A stretch of 64,000 nucleotides of DNA from Fimbriimonadia bacterium (GTDB lineage Bacteria > Armatimonadota > Fimbriimonadia > Fimbriimonadales > JABRVX01), in the NCBI GenBank assembly GCA_041483895.1, contig JBGPGO010000005.1, positions 168,632-232,631 of the forward strand. The letters are read 5' to 3'. Both the position numbers and the translations under genes were made by a program. Numbering within the stretch: the first letter of the stretch is position 1; every line of letters begins with the position of its first letter. The notes under the pieces were generated by a model. It had not been told where the DNA came from, ran no database searches, and saw only the letters and a program-made list of their open reading frames with translations. Shown here piece by piece: positions 1-9,392 of the stretch.

Positions 1-2
1 TC

Positions 3-173
3 GGGCCGGTTTCCCAAGGCGGTAAGCGCCGCTGGTCCTTGGTGCCCGATACCGATCCCGCACCTTGCCTAGACCTTGGCTTCACCGCCCTCGATTCTGA
101 TGGGACGATCTACATTCCGTCCGGTGATGGCGATACCCCCGACGGACTATTGATAGCTGTCAATGGACCGTAA
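3..173 (+). CDS. C-terminal fragment of a probable PQQ-type beta-propeller protein, truncated by the window edge
   Basis: Frame 3 is open to TAA at 171-173 and reads GGKRRWSL...TALDSDGTIYIPSG...GLLIAVNGP, typical of a final PQQ/BamB-like blade. It overlaps the next start. Confidence 0.55.
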   Translation, partial: GPVSQGGKRRWSLVPDTDPAPCLDLGFTALDSDGTIYIPSGDGDTPDGLLIAVNGP

Positions 174-1398
174 ATACATTACACTGATGGTCGGATTGGG
201 GCTCCTGCCAGCTGTGGCGCCGGGCCAAATCGTTTGGCGACATCAGAAGCTCCAGTCCGGCCTCTTCAATGTATTCGAATGGCCTTACTGCGTGGTCAAC
301 GGTTCCGGAAAGGCGGCCTACACTGTTGAGACATCGACGGGCATGAACGTATTCTTAGGTCCAGTCAATTACAGCACTCTTGTGTATGGTGGACCGAATT
401 CTTCCCAACTCCGAGGTATCGCAGCAGACGGCGATCCCATTTGGCTATTGTTTAACCACCTATACAAAGGAAACAAAAGGATTGCAGTGCAGGTGAAGGA
501 CGCCGATTTTCAAGATGGACTCGGCGGTCATTTAACGTACGTGGCTACGGTGGCGGGAAGAGATCGGGCATTCATTGACGAGACAGACGTGACAACACCC
601 GCGTTGGGCGAAACGGGAATCGGTGTGCTGGCCGAAGTTCCGAATGCATACAGCGTCTTTGCGTGGCGAGGAAAGGGACCAGGCACGGACGGATACTACG
701 ACGTGTTCAAGAGCGGGGTGAATCTCAGCAAGAACCTGCTTGGCGCCAATCGCTATGCTTACCCGAACGGGACGATGGAAAATGGACAAAGTGTTTGGAA
801 CGGACGTGGCGATCTTACCGGAGGGATTTACAAGTATAAGGTTTTTGTAGACACGTTCGATCTCACAACCAACGTCCTTGGTCAGGCGGGATCCGGTACC
901 GGCTCCATGAACAATAATCATGTCCTTTGGTTTGGAGGCGACGACCGAGGGCCACAGATTTTCCTCGATTCTCGCAGTGTCACCGCGCCGGTCGTCGGCA
1001 TCAGCCATGATATGCAGCTCTACAAATACAACTGCTCCGCCGACGGAAAGGTGTTGTGGGGCGTTCTGGTTGATGACGGCATCGATCTCTACGTCGAGTC
1101 CTACAACCTCAGCAGAACCGTCCTTGGCCACGGAATGCAGGGCGAGGTGTGCGACATCAACGCGAGCGGACACGTCGCATGGACCGGGGAGCCGGTGTTT
1201 CCGCAATCCGACGTGTTTTACGACAAATTTAATCTTAGCCAAGACGCACTGGGCGCCGGTCGGGGCAGCTCCATCGTGATGGCAATCGGCGACGGCGGGC
1301 ACTTTCTGTGGAAACATGCGAACCCGGCCACCCCGAACCGGTGGGACGTATGGCTCTCCACTCCGATTCCGGCACGGGCGGTTCCCATCAAGAAATAG
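163..1398 (+). CDS. Secreted Trp-repeat (putative beta-propeller) protein, paralog 1
   Basis: Signal peptide; ~40-aa repeats of form G-x-V-x-W-x-G...DVF-x-D-x-x-NLS-x-x-x-LG shared with 9393..10799 and 52481..54034. Confidence 0.75.
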   Translation: MDRKYITLMVGLGLLPAVAPGQIVWRHQKLQSGLFNVFEWPYCVVNGSGKAAYTVETSTGMNVFLGPVNYSTLVYGGPNSSQLRGIAADGDPIWLLFNHLYKGNKRIAVQVKDADFQDGLGGHLTYVATVAGRDRAFIDETDVTTPALGETGIGVLAEVPNAYSVFAWRGKGPGTDGYYDVFKSGVNLSKNLLGANRYAYPNGTMENGQSVWNGRGDLTGGIYKYKVFVDTFDLTTNVLGQAGSGTGSMNNNHVLWFGGDDRGPQIFLDSRSVTAPVVGISHDMQLYKYNCSADGKVLWGVLVDDGIDLYVESYNLSRTVLGHGMQGEVCDINASGHVAWTGEPVFPQSDVFYDKFNLSQDALGAGRGSSIVMAIGDGGHFLWKHANPATPNRWDVWLSTPIPARAVPIKK

Positions 1399-1416
1399 GC
1401 GTCGTCTGCTTAACCG

Positions 1417-2349
1417 TTACGTGCGCTTCCACCACAGATTCTGCGTGGTGGCCCACTGTTTGGCGGTCGAGCGGAGAGCCGCGAGGTCGGAATCGGACAG
1501 GGATTTGAACGAGCGCGCGGCCTCGACATTGGACTTCACCTGTTCCAGCGTCGTCATCCCGCACGTCAGCGCGCAGACCGGCAGCGACATCGCGTAGTGC
1601 AGAAGCTGCGTGGCGGTCAGCGACCGGGACCCGCCGTTTTGCCAACCCTTCAGGCTCTTCATCCCCGCGATGGAAATCCCCATCTCTTTCGCCTTCGGGA
1701 TCACTTTCTCCGCGAAATCGTTGACATGAAAGTCGGCGGCGGAGACCGGAACCAATATGGAATCAAACTTGTATCGCTTCAATGCCTCTAAGATCACTTC
1801 CGGCCGCGTATGGCCCGTGATGCCGATGTGCCGAATCTTCCCTGCCTTCTTCGCCTCCTCCAACCCATGCACGGCCCCGCCCTCGCTCAAAGCGGCGTCC
1901 AGATTCTGCATGTTGTTGACCGAGTGTATCTGAAGCAGGTCGATATGGTCGGTCTGCAGCCGCTTGAGCGAGGCATCGACCTCGGCAATGGCCCCGACCT
2001 TGTCGCGCGCCAGGGTCTTGGTCGCTAGAAAATACTCTTTCCGCCTTCCGTGTATCGCTCGGCCAATCGCGATCTCGCAGGCAAACCCTTGGTAGCTCGG
2101 CGCGGTGTCCATGTAGTTGATTCCCAAATTGAGGGCGGTTTTCAGCATTCGATCCGTCAGGTCCGCATCTCCGACCGGCAGCTCCGCCGTTCCGAAAGCG
2201 AGCACGCCGGCGTTCCAATCCATCTTCCCCAGCTTGCGCTTCGGCATTTCGCCGGCCTTTTCGGGCATGGATAGGCCGATCTTCGCGGCGGCCATCGCAA
2301 CCCCCGCCGCGCCCATCTGCCGGAGAAACTCTCGCCTGGACGTGTCCAT
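1417..2349 (-). CDS. Aldo/keto reductase with twin-arginine signal
   Basis: SRREFL Tat motif; AKR motifs DTAPSY, LATK, IDLLQIH. Start placed at MDTSRR, behind a TACCAT -10 box. Confidence 0.9.
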   Translation of the reverse strand: MDTSRREFLRQMGAAGVAMAAAKIGLSMPEKAGEMPKRKLGKMDWNAGVLAFGTAELPVGDADLTDRMLKTALNLGINYMDTAPSYQGFACEIAIGRAIHGRRKEYFLATKTLARDKVGAIAEVDASLKRLQTDHIDLLQIHSVNNMQNLDAALSEGGAVHGLEEAKKAGKIRHIGITGHTRPEVILEALKRYKFDSILVPVSAADFHVNDFAEKVIPKAKEMGISIAGMKSLKGWQNGGSRSLTATQLLHYAMSLPVCALTCGMTTLEQVKSNVEAARSFKSLSDSDLAALRSTAKQWATTQNLWWKRT

Positions 2350-2424
2350 GCGGGCATGGTACCACGGTACCGGCAGTTCCGCCAGGCCCCGGGCATAGAC
2401 AGGCGGCGGTACAATTGGGACCAT

Positions 2425-3462
2425 ATGAAGCGACTGGAACTGCCACAGCGCAAATGGGTGATCCTCCAGGCCATCGTGTGGGACTATGTGGACACGGCCG
2501 AACCGGTTGGATCGGAGACGCTCGTCCAGCGATATAGTTTGGACGTGAAGCCCGCCACCGTGCGCCACGAGATGGCGGAGATGCTGGACCTGGGATACCT
2601 GCTGCAACCCCATACCTCAGCGGGCCGCGTGCCGTCCGATACCGGCTACCGCTACTATGTGGACCATCTGGAAGGCGGCGAGGAGCCGACAGCGCAAGAG
2701 AAGACCCATCTCAAGGGCATCCAGCGGAAAAAAGAGGACCTAACGGAGATTTTGGAAGAGACCTGCCGAGTGCTGGCCCGGTTGACCAACTATCTCGCGA
2801 TCGCGTCGACCGTTCGCAATGACGACGTGTTCATCCGGCAGGCAATCCTGTCGCCGGTGTCCACCGAACGGACGCTGATGGTGCTGGTCCTTAGCAACGG
2901 ACAGGTGGAGAACCGAGTGATCGATGCGGCCCCGCCCAGCCAGGTGGCGGACCTGCAGCGGACGAACGATCTGCTTACCGAGTTCATAACCGGCCAAACC
3001 CTGCGGGAGATTTCGCGCAGGAAGGCGCCGGAAACATCCCCCGCGGCCACCGCCGAGCTGTTCGCCAAGGTGATCAAGGAGCTGAAATTGGCGGCGCGCA
3101 GCATGTCGCGCGGCAAGACCATCCACGAAGGAGTGGCGAATGTATTGAGCCAGCCGGAATTCAATCGGGATGTCGGTTCACTCTTCGACGTGCTTTCGTT
3201 TATCGATGACGAGGCGACGGTTTCGAAGACTCTGGAGCAGGCGGGGCAGGAGGGCGCGACGATCCTGATCGGCTCGGAATCGGGACACGAGAAGGTGGCC
3301 CACTGCTCCATGGTGGCAAACCGGTTCTTTATCGGCGACAAGGAGGCGGGCGTGATTGGGGTGCTGGGGCCGACCCGGATGCGGTATGAAACGGCGATCT
3401 CCCTGGTCCGATATTCGTCCCAGTTGCTCACGGAGACCCTGAGCAGAATGTTCGCAAATTAG
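2425..3462 (+). CDS. hrcA: Heat-inducible transcription repressor HrcA
   Basis: EPVGSETL, PATVRHEM, LLQPHTSAGRVPSDTGYRYYVD and C-terminal GVLGPTRMRY motifs. Confidence 0.97.
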   Translation: MKRLELPQRKWVILQAIVWDYVDTAEPVGSETLVQRYSLDVKPATVRHEMAEMLDLGYLLQPHTSAGRVPSDTGYRYYVDHLEGGEEPTAQEKTHLKGIQRKKEDLTEILEETCRVLARLTNYLAIASTVRNDDVFIRQAILSPVSTERTLMVLVLSNGQVENRVIDAAPPSQVADLQRTNDLLTEFITGQTLREISRRKAPETSPAATAELFAKVIKELKLAARSMSRGKTIHEGVANVLSQPEFNRDVGSLFDVLSFIDDEATVSKTLEQAGQEGATILIGSESGHEKVAHCSMVANRFFIGDKEAGVIGVLGPTRMRYETAISLVRYSSQLLTETLSRMFAN

Positions 3463-3469
3463 GGAGTTA

Positions 3470-3478
3470 TGGTATAAT
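3470..3478 (+). promoter_or_regulatory. Extended -10 element TGgTATAAT
   Basis: Perfect TATAAT with TGn, 13 nt before ATG 3492. Confidence 0.6.
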
Positions 3479-3491
3479 TTCGTCTACTAGT

Positions 3492-4037
3492 ATGAAACGG
3501 CAGTTCATTATCGAGCGGGACGGGAAGAGCTTTGTTCTTTACGCGGGGCTTTTGGATGCCGCCCACGAACAGGGCTTGGAGTCCATCGAAACCGACCTGA
3601 TCCAGGTCCCGGCGCAGGCGAACGGCGAGGTGGCGATTTGCCGCGCCCGCGTCGTCACTGCCAAAGGATCGTTCGTCGGGTTGGGCGACGCCGCGCCGGA
3701 CAACGTGCCCGCAGAGTTCACAACCTGCCTCATTCGTATGGCGGAGACCCGGGCGAAGGCCCGGGCGTTGCGCGACGCCGTGAACGTGGGCATGGCCTCC
3801 TTCGAAGAGCTGCCTGGCCTCGATGAGGTGGACCTGAGCGACGATCTGGCCTACTCCCAACCCACGGCCGCGGAACCGGAGCCGCCGCCCATCAATATTC
3901 CGAAAGAGGCCGCGACGTGCGACGAGTGCGGCAAAACGCTCACCCTGCCCCAAACGCAGCTCAGCATGGTGGCATTCGGCATGCCGCTGTGCCCCAAGTG
4001 CCAACAATCTCGCCGCAAAGCCGGTGCCGCCCGGTAG
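3492..4037 (+). CDS. Conserved hypothetical protein with a Rad52/recombinase-like N-terminal domain and C-terminal CxxC...CxxC zinc ribbon
   Basis: VLYAGLL...CRARV...GLGDA...IRMAETRAKARALRDA; CDEC...CPKC. Confidence 0.6.
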   Translation: MKRQFIIERDGKSFVLYAGLLDAAHEQGLESIETDLIQVPAQANGEVAICRARVVTAKGSFVGLGDAAPDNVPAEFTTCLIRMAETRAKARALRDAVNVGMASFEELPGLDEVDLSDDLAYSQPTAAEPEPPPINIPKEAATCDECGKTLTLPQTQLSMVAFGMPLCPKCQQSRRKAGAAR

Positions 4038-4204
4038 GTCTCGCAGTTGCATCAACTTCCCCGCCGTCACGTTCAAAAGAGCCAAGTAGAATTATCTGTC
4101 GTCGCGGACCGATTGCCATTTTATGCCGCATCCATTGGGTCCGCCGTGCGTACTAACTATCTGGTTGTATAATATGATTACTCTTAACGGGACCCGGTGA
4201 TACT

Positions 4205-6664
4205 ATGAAAAAGATCCTTATCTTCCTTTCCTTCGCGGTCTGCCTCGCGGCGTACTGCCAGGAACAGACCGTCCGGCTGTCGGACGATTCGCGCCTGACG
4301 AAGAAGTTCACCAAGAATTACGAAGCGACCTCGTTCAAATCGCTGTTGGAGGACTTTACGGCCGCAACCGGCGCGGACATCAAGGCCGGCAACAAGATTT
4401 CCGGGGATCTCATCATTCTGTCGGTGAAAGACAAGTCCTATGCCGAGATCATGGCGAAGATCGCCGAGCACTTCGATTTCGGATGGGAAATCAAGGGAAG
4501 CGCGCCGAGCTATTCCTACGTTCTCAGCCAGCCCACCGACGCTGCAAAGCGGGAATACCGCAATCGGCTCGATTCCGAGCGAAAGCGAATCGCGAAGATT
4601 CGAGAAGTGGTGGCGAAGGTCGCAAAACTCTCGGACAAAGAGATCGATGGGATGAGGGAAAAGTATAAGGAATGGGCAAAGGCAGAGCCCAAGATCGATT
4701 GGAAGAAGATTGAGGAGGAGCACAACCGTAACGACGAATGGCAGCAGTCGCCGGAAGAGAAGGCTCATCAGATTTGGCAGTCAAAGCCGGAAGGACAACT
4801 GAGCGACGATATCCGCGCGGATCGCCGCACCATCGCGCAGTTCCTGTCCAACCTGAGCGACCAGACCTGGGACCGAATCGCGGCGGGAGACCCCGTGAGT
4901 TTCTGCACCGCTCCGCGCATGTATCAGCTTTCCCTCGCCAATCAGTGGATTGGAACGATGCGCGACTGGTGCGCCTATGAACCAAGCGCGGGGGAAGCAC
5001 CGGCGGTCGAAGACGATGCCTCGCCGCCAGCGCCGGAAGATGTCTATCAAGGCATGAACGTCGATCCGGAAGCGAGCATCGGTCCGTCCGTGCATCCGGT
5101 CTGGTCGGAGGAGCAGGGAGATGTTCCCAACGGGCCAGGTGTGGATACCAACCCACAGTCCGTCGCAACAGTCACAATCTTGGTGCGGTATGGAACGACG
5201 AATCGATGGATGATGTCCAGCGACGCGGGCGGACTTTCCGTCAACCTGATTGGCATGGACCGACGACGGCGCTCCGTATATGTCGGGGAATATCGCTTCG
5301 ATGCCCCCACCAGCACCCCCAGTTTCTTTGGCAATGCAATGGCCGCCGCTGGCATAAAGACTTCCGACGACACGGAAGAAAAGAGGCCTGAACCGCCGCC
5401 GCCCGATTATTCCAAGGATCCGATCTTAGGCCGCAAGGTCGTTATGCCGAAGCTGGTTCCAGACGTCCCGACAGATGATCCGACTGGCGGCATGCTCGCG
5501 GTTATGCGACACTTTATGCAGGACATGATCAAGAAAGATCCGCTCAACTGGGTGGCCGCGCCGACGCGATTGGCCATAGCGGACTCCGCTGAACTCTGTC
5601 TCATCTCGGATGCGTTCGACGTCAGCAACCCATCGCAAACTTTGGGGATATTTGCCGGCATGCAGCCGGGTGGTCCGACCAAAGAGAATCAGAGAGTTGG
5701 ACAAGCGCTGGATGAGATGAAGGCGAACGAGAGCGAAGATTGGGTCGTGAAAGACGGCTGGATTTCGCTGCGCAATCGAGAATATGGCTACTATCGGCCG
5801 CGCCAGATGCCGCGCGATACGCTCGTCGCGATCTACCGAATGGCATCCGGCAGCGAAGAACCGACAATCGATCAGCTCGCCTCGCTCGCCAATTCCGCAA
5901 ACGAGCTTCAATATCGCAGCCTTTCGATGAACGGCATGGATTTCCTGATGATGGCCAGCACCGGCAAGGCCCTTTTCAGCCCGGAATCGCGAGCGATGCT
6001 GCGGCTCTGGAGCTCGCTCAGCCCGTTCCATCGCAACACTCTCACGGCCGGCAAGCCGCTTTCGATTGACAGCCTGATGCCCAACCAAAAGGCCAACGTG
6101 ATCGACGCCATCCGAGAATACAACGCCATGTATGGCGGACAGGGAATGGACTTCGACATGAGCAACATCGGGGAAGAACAGACGGACGACAAAGGTCCGT
6201 TCCGGTCTCCAACCAGTCCCTTCGATTGGGCGGAACGGGTGCCGCAAAGCACCTCTTTCCCGCTGAGCGTGTCTTTGGAGTCAACGCGCAAGAACGGCTT
6301 CTATGTTGAATTAGCGGACAAGCAAGGTGGCGGCGCCTTTTACCACATGTCGATCAGTCCCTCAATGCTCGGCGACATTGCGGACGTTCCCGAGGACGCG
6401 CGGCAGCAGATGGAGCAGATGGGGATGAAGCCCAAGATGGGGCGCGAAGAATCGCTAAAGATGCAGTTCCGCATCCATCTGACGGATCGAATCGCCATCC
6501 CCGTCAAATTGAGCTTCTCAAAACGCATGCCAAATTCCGATTTCGATATCTTTAGTCCTCCGCAGGATGTCAAAGACCAAATCGCTGCGGAGAAAAAGAA
6601 GCGCAAAAAGATGCAAGAAGATCAAGCGGCGCCACCCACACCGGCCGAAGGCCCGGGTGGCTAG
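4205..6664 (+). CDS. Large secreted hypothetical protein with a possible STN/secretin-N-like N-terminal domain
   Basis: 819-aa ORF with signal peptide; SFKSLLEDFTAATGADI...LSVKDKSYAEIMAKIAEHFDFGW; TATAAT at 4168-4173. Confidence 0.7.
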   Translation: MKKILIFLSFAVCLAAYCQEQTVRLSDDSRLTKKFTKNYEATSFKSLLEDFTAATGADIKAGNKISGDLIILSVKDKSYAEIMAKIAEHFDFGWEIKGSAPSYSYVLSQPTDAAKREYRNRLDSERKRIAKIREVVAKVAKLSDKEIDGMREKYKEWAKAEPKIDWKKIEEEHNRNDEWQQSPEEKAHQIWQSKPEGQLSDDIRADRRTIAQFLSNLSDQTWDRIAAGDPVSFCTAPRMYQLSLANQWIGTMRDWCAYEPSAGEAPAVEDDASPPAPEDVYQGMNVDPEASIGPSVHPVWSEEQGDVPNGPGVDTNPQSVATVTILVRYGTTNRWMMSSDAGGLSVNLIGMDRRRRSVYVGEYRFDAPTSTPSFFGNAMAAAGIKTSDDTEEKRPEPPPPDYSKDPILGRKVVMPKLVPDVPTDDPTGGMLAVMRHFMQDMIKKDPLNWVAAPTRLAIADSAELCLISDAFDVSNPSQTLGIFAGMQPGGPTKENQRVGQALDEMKANESEDWVVKDGWISLRNREYGYYRPRQMPRDTLVAIYRMASGSEEPTIDQLASLANSANELQYRSLSMNGMDFLMMASTGKALFSPESRAMLRLWSSLSPFHRNTLTAGKPLSIDSLMPNQKANVIDAIREYNAMYGGQGMDFDMSNIGEEQTDDKGPFRSPTSPFDWAERVPQSTSFPLSVSLESTRKNGFYVELADKQGGGAFYHMSISPSMLGDIADVPEDARQQMEQMGMKPKMGREESLKMQFRIHLTDRIAIPVKLSFSKRMPNSDFDIFSPPQDVKDQIAAEKKKRKKMQEDQAAPPTPAEGPGG

Positions 6665-7364
6665 GCTCCGGGTACTTTTCACCAACGACCTTCACGGGAG
6701 ATTGACGGAGTCGCAGGCGCACCAGCTTGCTGCGATGAAGGCGGAAGAGCCGGACACGATTCTGCTCGATGCCGGCGACGCGGTGAAGGTCGGAAACGTC
6801 GGCATTCCTCTCTTTCCGGAACCGGTTTGGCGTCTGATGGAGATCGCGGGATACGACGCGCTGACGCTGGGCAACCGGGAGTTTCATATTACCGAAATCG
6901 GTCTGCGCGCGAAGTTGAAAGGCGCGCCGATGCCGGTGCTGTGCGCGAACATGCGATCGAAAGGGTGCTCGGAACCGCGACTCGCCCCGTTTGTTCTGCT
7001 CAAGACTCCATCCGGCATATCCGTCGGCGTCATCGGCGTGACGGTGCCGATGGTGACCGAGCGTATGGCCGCGCGAATGATCAGCGCGTTCCTGTTCGAT
7101 CCACCGATCGAGACAGTGCTGCGCCTGGCCCCATCGCTCCGCGCGAACTGCGACGTATTGATTGCGCTGACCCATATCGGGCTGAAGGCCGATTTGGAAC
7201 TGGCGTCGCGCGTGCCGGAACTGGACCTGATCATTGGGGGGCATTCGCACGAGGTCTTGCACGAGCCGCGCTTCGTCGACCGCTGCCCGGTTGTCCAGGC
7301 CGGCTCGCATGGAAAGTTTGTTGGGGACCTTCGGATCGAAATGAACGCAGGCTGCTTGGAGTAG
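6657..7364 (+). CDS. Calcineurin-like metallophosphoesterase (5'-nucleotidase N-terminal domain only)
   Basis: TNDLHG, DAGD, GNREF, THIG and GGHSH motifs; GTG start overlaps the upstream stop. Confidence 0.85.
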   Translation: MARLRVLFTNDLHGRLTESQAHQLAAMKAEEPDTILLDAGDAVKVGNVGIPLFPEPVWRLMEIAGYDALTLGNREFHITEIGLRAKLKGAPMPVLCANMRSKGCSEPRLAPFVLLKTPSGISVGVIGVTVPMVTERMAARMISAFLFDPPIETVLRLAPSLRANCDVLIALTHIGLKADLELASRVPELDLIIGGHSHEVLHEPRFVDRCPVVQAGSHGKFVGDLRIEMNAGCLE

Positions 7365-7621
7365 GATTATTCTCTCCGGCCTTTACGCTGAAAGAATAAC
7401 TGCGTCGATGCCGCAGCTGCAGGAAAGTGATTAGCAAGGTACTCCTGCGAACTGGTCTCGTAACTGTAATGACATTTACCGTTCGGATGGTGGCCCAAAT
7501 GGTTCAGGTACCCGCACTCATGTCGGTACTGATTAATACCGGCTCGTGAATCGTTGCCGATGGTGCTATCCTTCAAATGCCCGTAATAGTGCGGTCCACA
7601 CGAACCTAAAAGGAGGTTAAA

Positions 7622-9325
7622 ATGAAACCCACTGGTTTTGCTTTGAGTGAACTTGGAAGGTGTAGAATGAAAAGTAGGGTAAATCTGCGAACCGCACTCG
7701 TAATTGTAATTTCGATTACGGGCGTGGCGGTTGTAGGGCAACAAGAGCGCAATATCTTCAAATCCTCATGGGGGATGGGAGGATACGGCTATCACCGGAC
7801 GGCAAACCGTGACTACTACAGGGTTCCCGGCGGAGCGGGATCTTCGGGCGCGGTCGCATGGTCCTTTCAACTATCCAGCGCGGCGGACATCAACACGGGA
7901 GTTGTGTGCACGCCCGTGACGAACTACAAACCGGAGGACGGCACCGTCGATCCGACTCCAACGATCTACTTTGGCGCGGACGACGGGAAGCTGTACGCCT
8001 ACACGCTCGATTGGGCCAACTCCACTCCCAGTTCCCGCGCGGTCCTCAAATGGTCTTTTCAAGTGACCGAGGACAGCATCGACTTTCCCATTCGATCCAC
8101 CCCGACGCTCGTCTATTTCAAGAACCCAGCGGAAGGTCAAAACTCGTGGGGCATCTGCTTCGGCGCGGATAACGGGCGGGTGTACTGTCTTCGGGATGAC
8201 GGCAGCGGAGCTACGCTGATGTGGCGTTGGTCGAGAGTCGGAGCGAAGGTCAGCAATACCTATCCGATTATCCGCAGCAGTCCTCTCTTTCGGCCGAGCC
8301 TCGCCCAAACTCAACCGGAACCGCCGTACCCGCAGCTCGTTTTCGTGGGCGCGGTCGGGGCGGATGGCGGCGGAGTTCTGGCCGGTTTCGACGTGGACTT
8401 TGACGGCTCCGGTGGAGATAATTCGCCGGCTTCCGGCTACAACATCACCACAATCGGTGCGGGCATCGCTGCTTCCGTCAGCTATGTTGCGGACTGGCAG
8501 GAGGTCAACAACGTCTGGTACTTTGAGCGCGGCTATCTCGTGGTACCTGACCTCGGAAACGTCATCCATTGCATATTCGACAATCTGTCCGGCTTCCAAG
8601 ATCACCAAACCCGCGCCAACGCATATGAGCCCACCGCCCCGATAACTGGCTGGGCAGCAATCCGCGAGGAGGGTGGAATTAGTGAGGTTACTGCCTACGT
8701 GGGAACCGCGGCGCATAACGACTCAAATTACGGCGGTTTCATCTACGCGGCGACAGCCCAGCTGACTTGGAGCCAAGGCACGTCAACCCTTTCATGGAGA
8801 TGGTCCGGTTTGCCGCACAAGCGGATAGAAACGACGCCGTATCGGCCACCTGGACTCCCACCCCCGCCAATTCAGGACCTGAACCTTGGTTTCATTTACG
8901 CCGATCCGTGTATTGACACGGCCGGTGAGGCGATCTTCGGGACCTGGCTTGCGGGCGCGGAGGCGCCATCCGGCGGATCAGCGTTCGGAATGTTCACGCA
9001 CGTCAGTGACGCCGGGACCACCGCAACCGCTCCGCTAGACTTCAAGAACACGACCAGCCCGAAGGACTATCGCGCGACGCCATGCGTTGGGCGTCGGTAC
9101 ACCGGCGGTAGCGACGCAATCTTCTTCGTCACCGCCGGCGGTTCGCTAACGGCGGGCACGACAGGCGGCGCCATCGCGTATCCATTCCCGATCAGCCTCG
9201 GCTACGATGTTGGCGATGCGAACGACGCGTATGGCGCTCGACCCATGATCGTTGTCGACGGAGAGGGATTGATCTATATCGGCGGGCACGGCGGCCACAT
9301 GAAGGCCGTCTGGGCGCCCCACTAG
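7622..9325 (+). CDS. Secreted PQQ/BamB-type beta-propeller protein
   Basis: AGGAGG RBS; blade motifs IYFGADDGKLYAY, LKWSF, IRSTP, FGADNGRVYCL, LIYIGGHGGHMKAV. Confidence 0.75.
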   Translation: MKPTGFALSELGRCRMKSRVNLRTALVIVISITGVAVVGQQERNIFKSSWGMGGYGYHRTANRDYYRVPGGAGSSGAVAWSFQLSSAADINTGVVCTPVTNYKPEDGTVDPTPTIYFGADDGKLYAYTLDWANSTPSSRAVLKWSFQVTEDSIDFPIRSTPTLVYFKNPAEGQNSWGICFGADNGRVYCLRDDGSGATLMWRWSRVGAKVSNTYPIIRSSPLFRPSLAQTQPEPPYPQLVFVGAVGADGGGVLAGFDVDFDGSGGDNSPASGYNITTIGAGIAASVSYVADWQEVNNVWYFERGYLVVPDLGNVIHCIFDNLSGFQDHQTRANAYEPTAPITGWAAIREEGGISEVTAYVGTAAHNDSNYGGFIYAATAQLTWSQGTSTLSWRWSGLPHKRIETTPYRPPGLPPPPIQDLNLGFIYADPCIDTAGEAIFGTWLAGAEAPSGGSAFGMFTHVSDAGTTATAPLDFKNTTSPKDYRATPCVGRRYTGGSDAIFFVTAGGSLTAGTTGGAIAYPFPISLGYDVGDANDAYGARPMIVVDGEGLIYIGGHGGHMKAVWAPH

Positions 9326-9332
9326 TAACCAC

Positions 9333-9367
9333 GATCGCCTGTCCCGCAACTGTCGGGACAGGCGATC
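9333..9367. other. 14-bp perfect hairpin between co-oriented genes
   Basis: GATCGCCTGTCCCG-caactgt-CGGGACAGGCGATC; no U-tract. Confidence 0.6.
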
Positions 9368-9392
9368 CCTGCATTCCCTGACGGAGTATTCA

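Noticed and set aside
2350..2424. CIRCE autoregulatory site upstream of hrcA
   Set aside because: No GCACTC-N9-GAGTGC pattern; only divergent -10 boxes.
7365..7621. Riboswitch in the long leader of the PQQ-type gene
   Set aside because: No recognisable consensus by eye; an Rfam scan would be needed.
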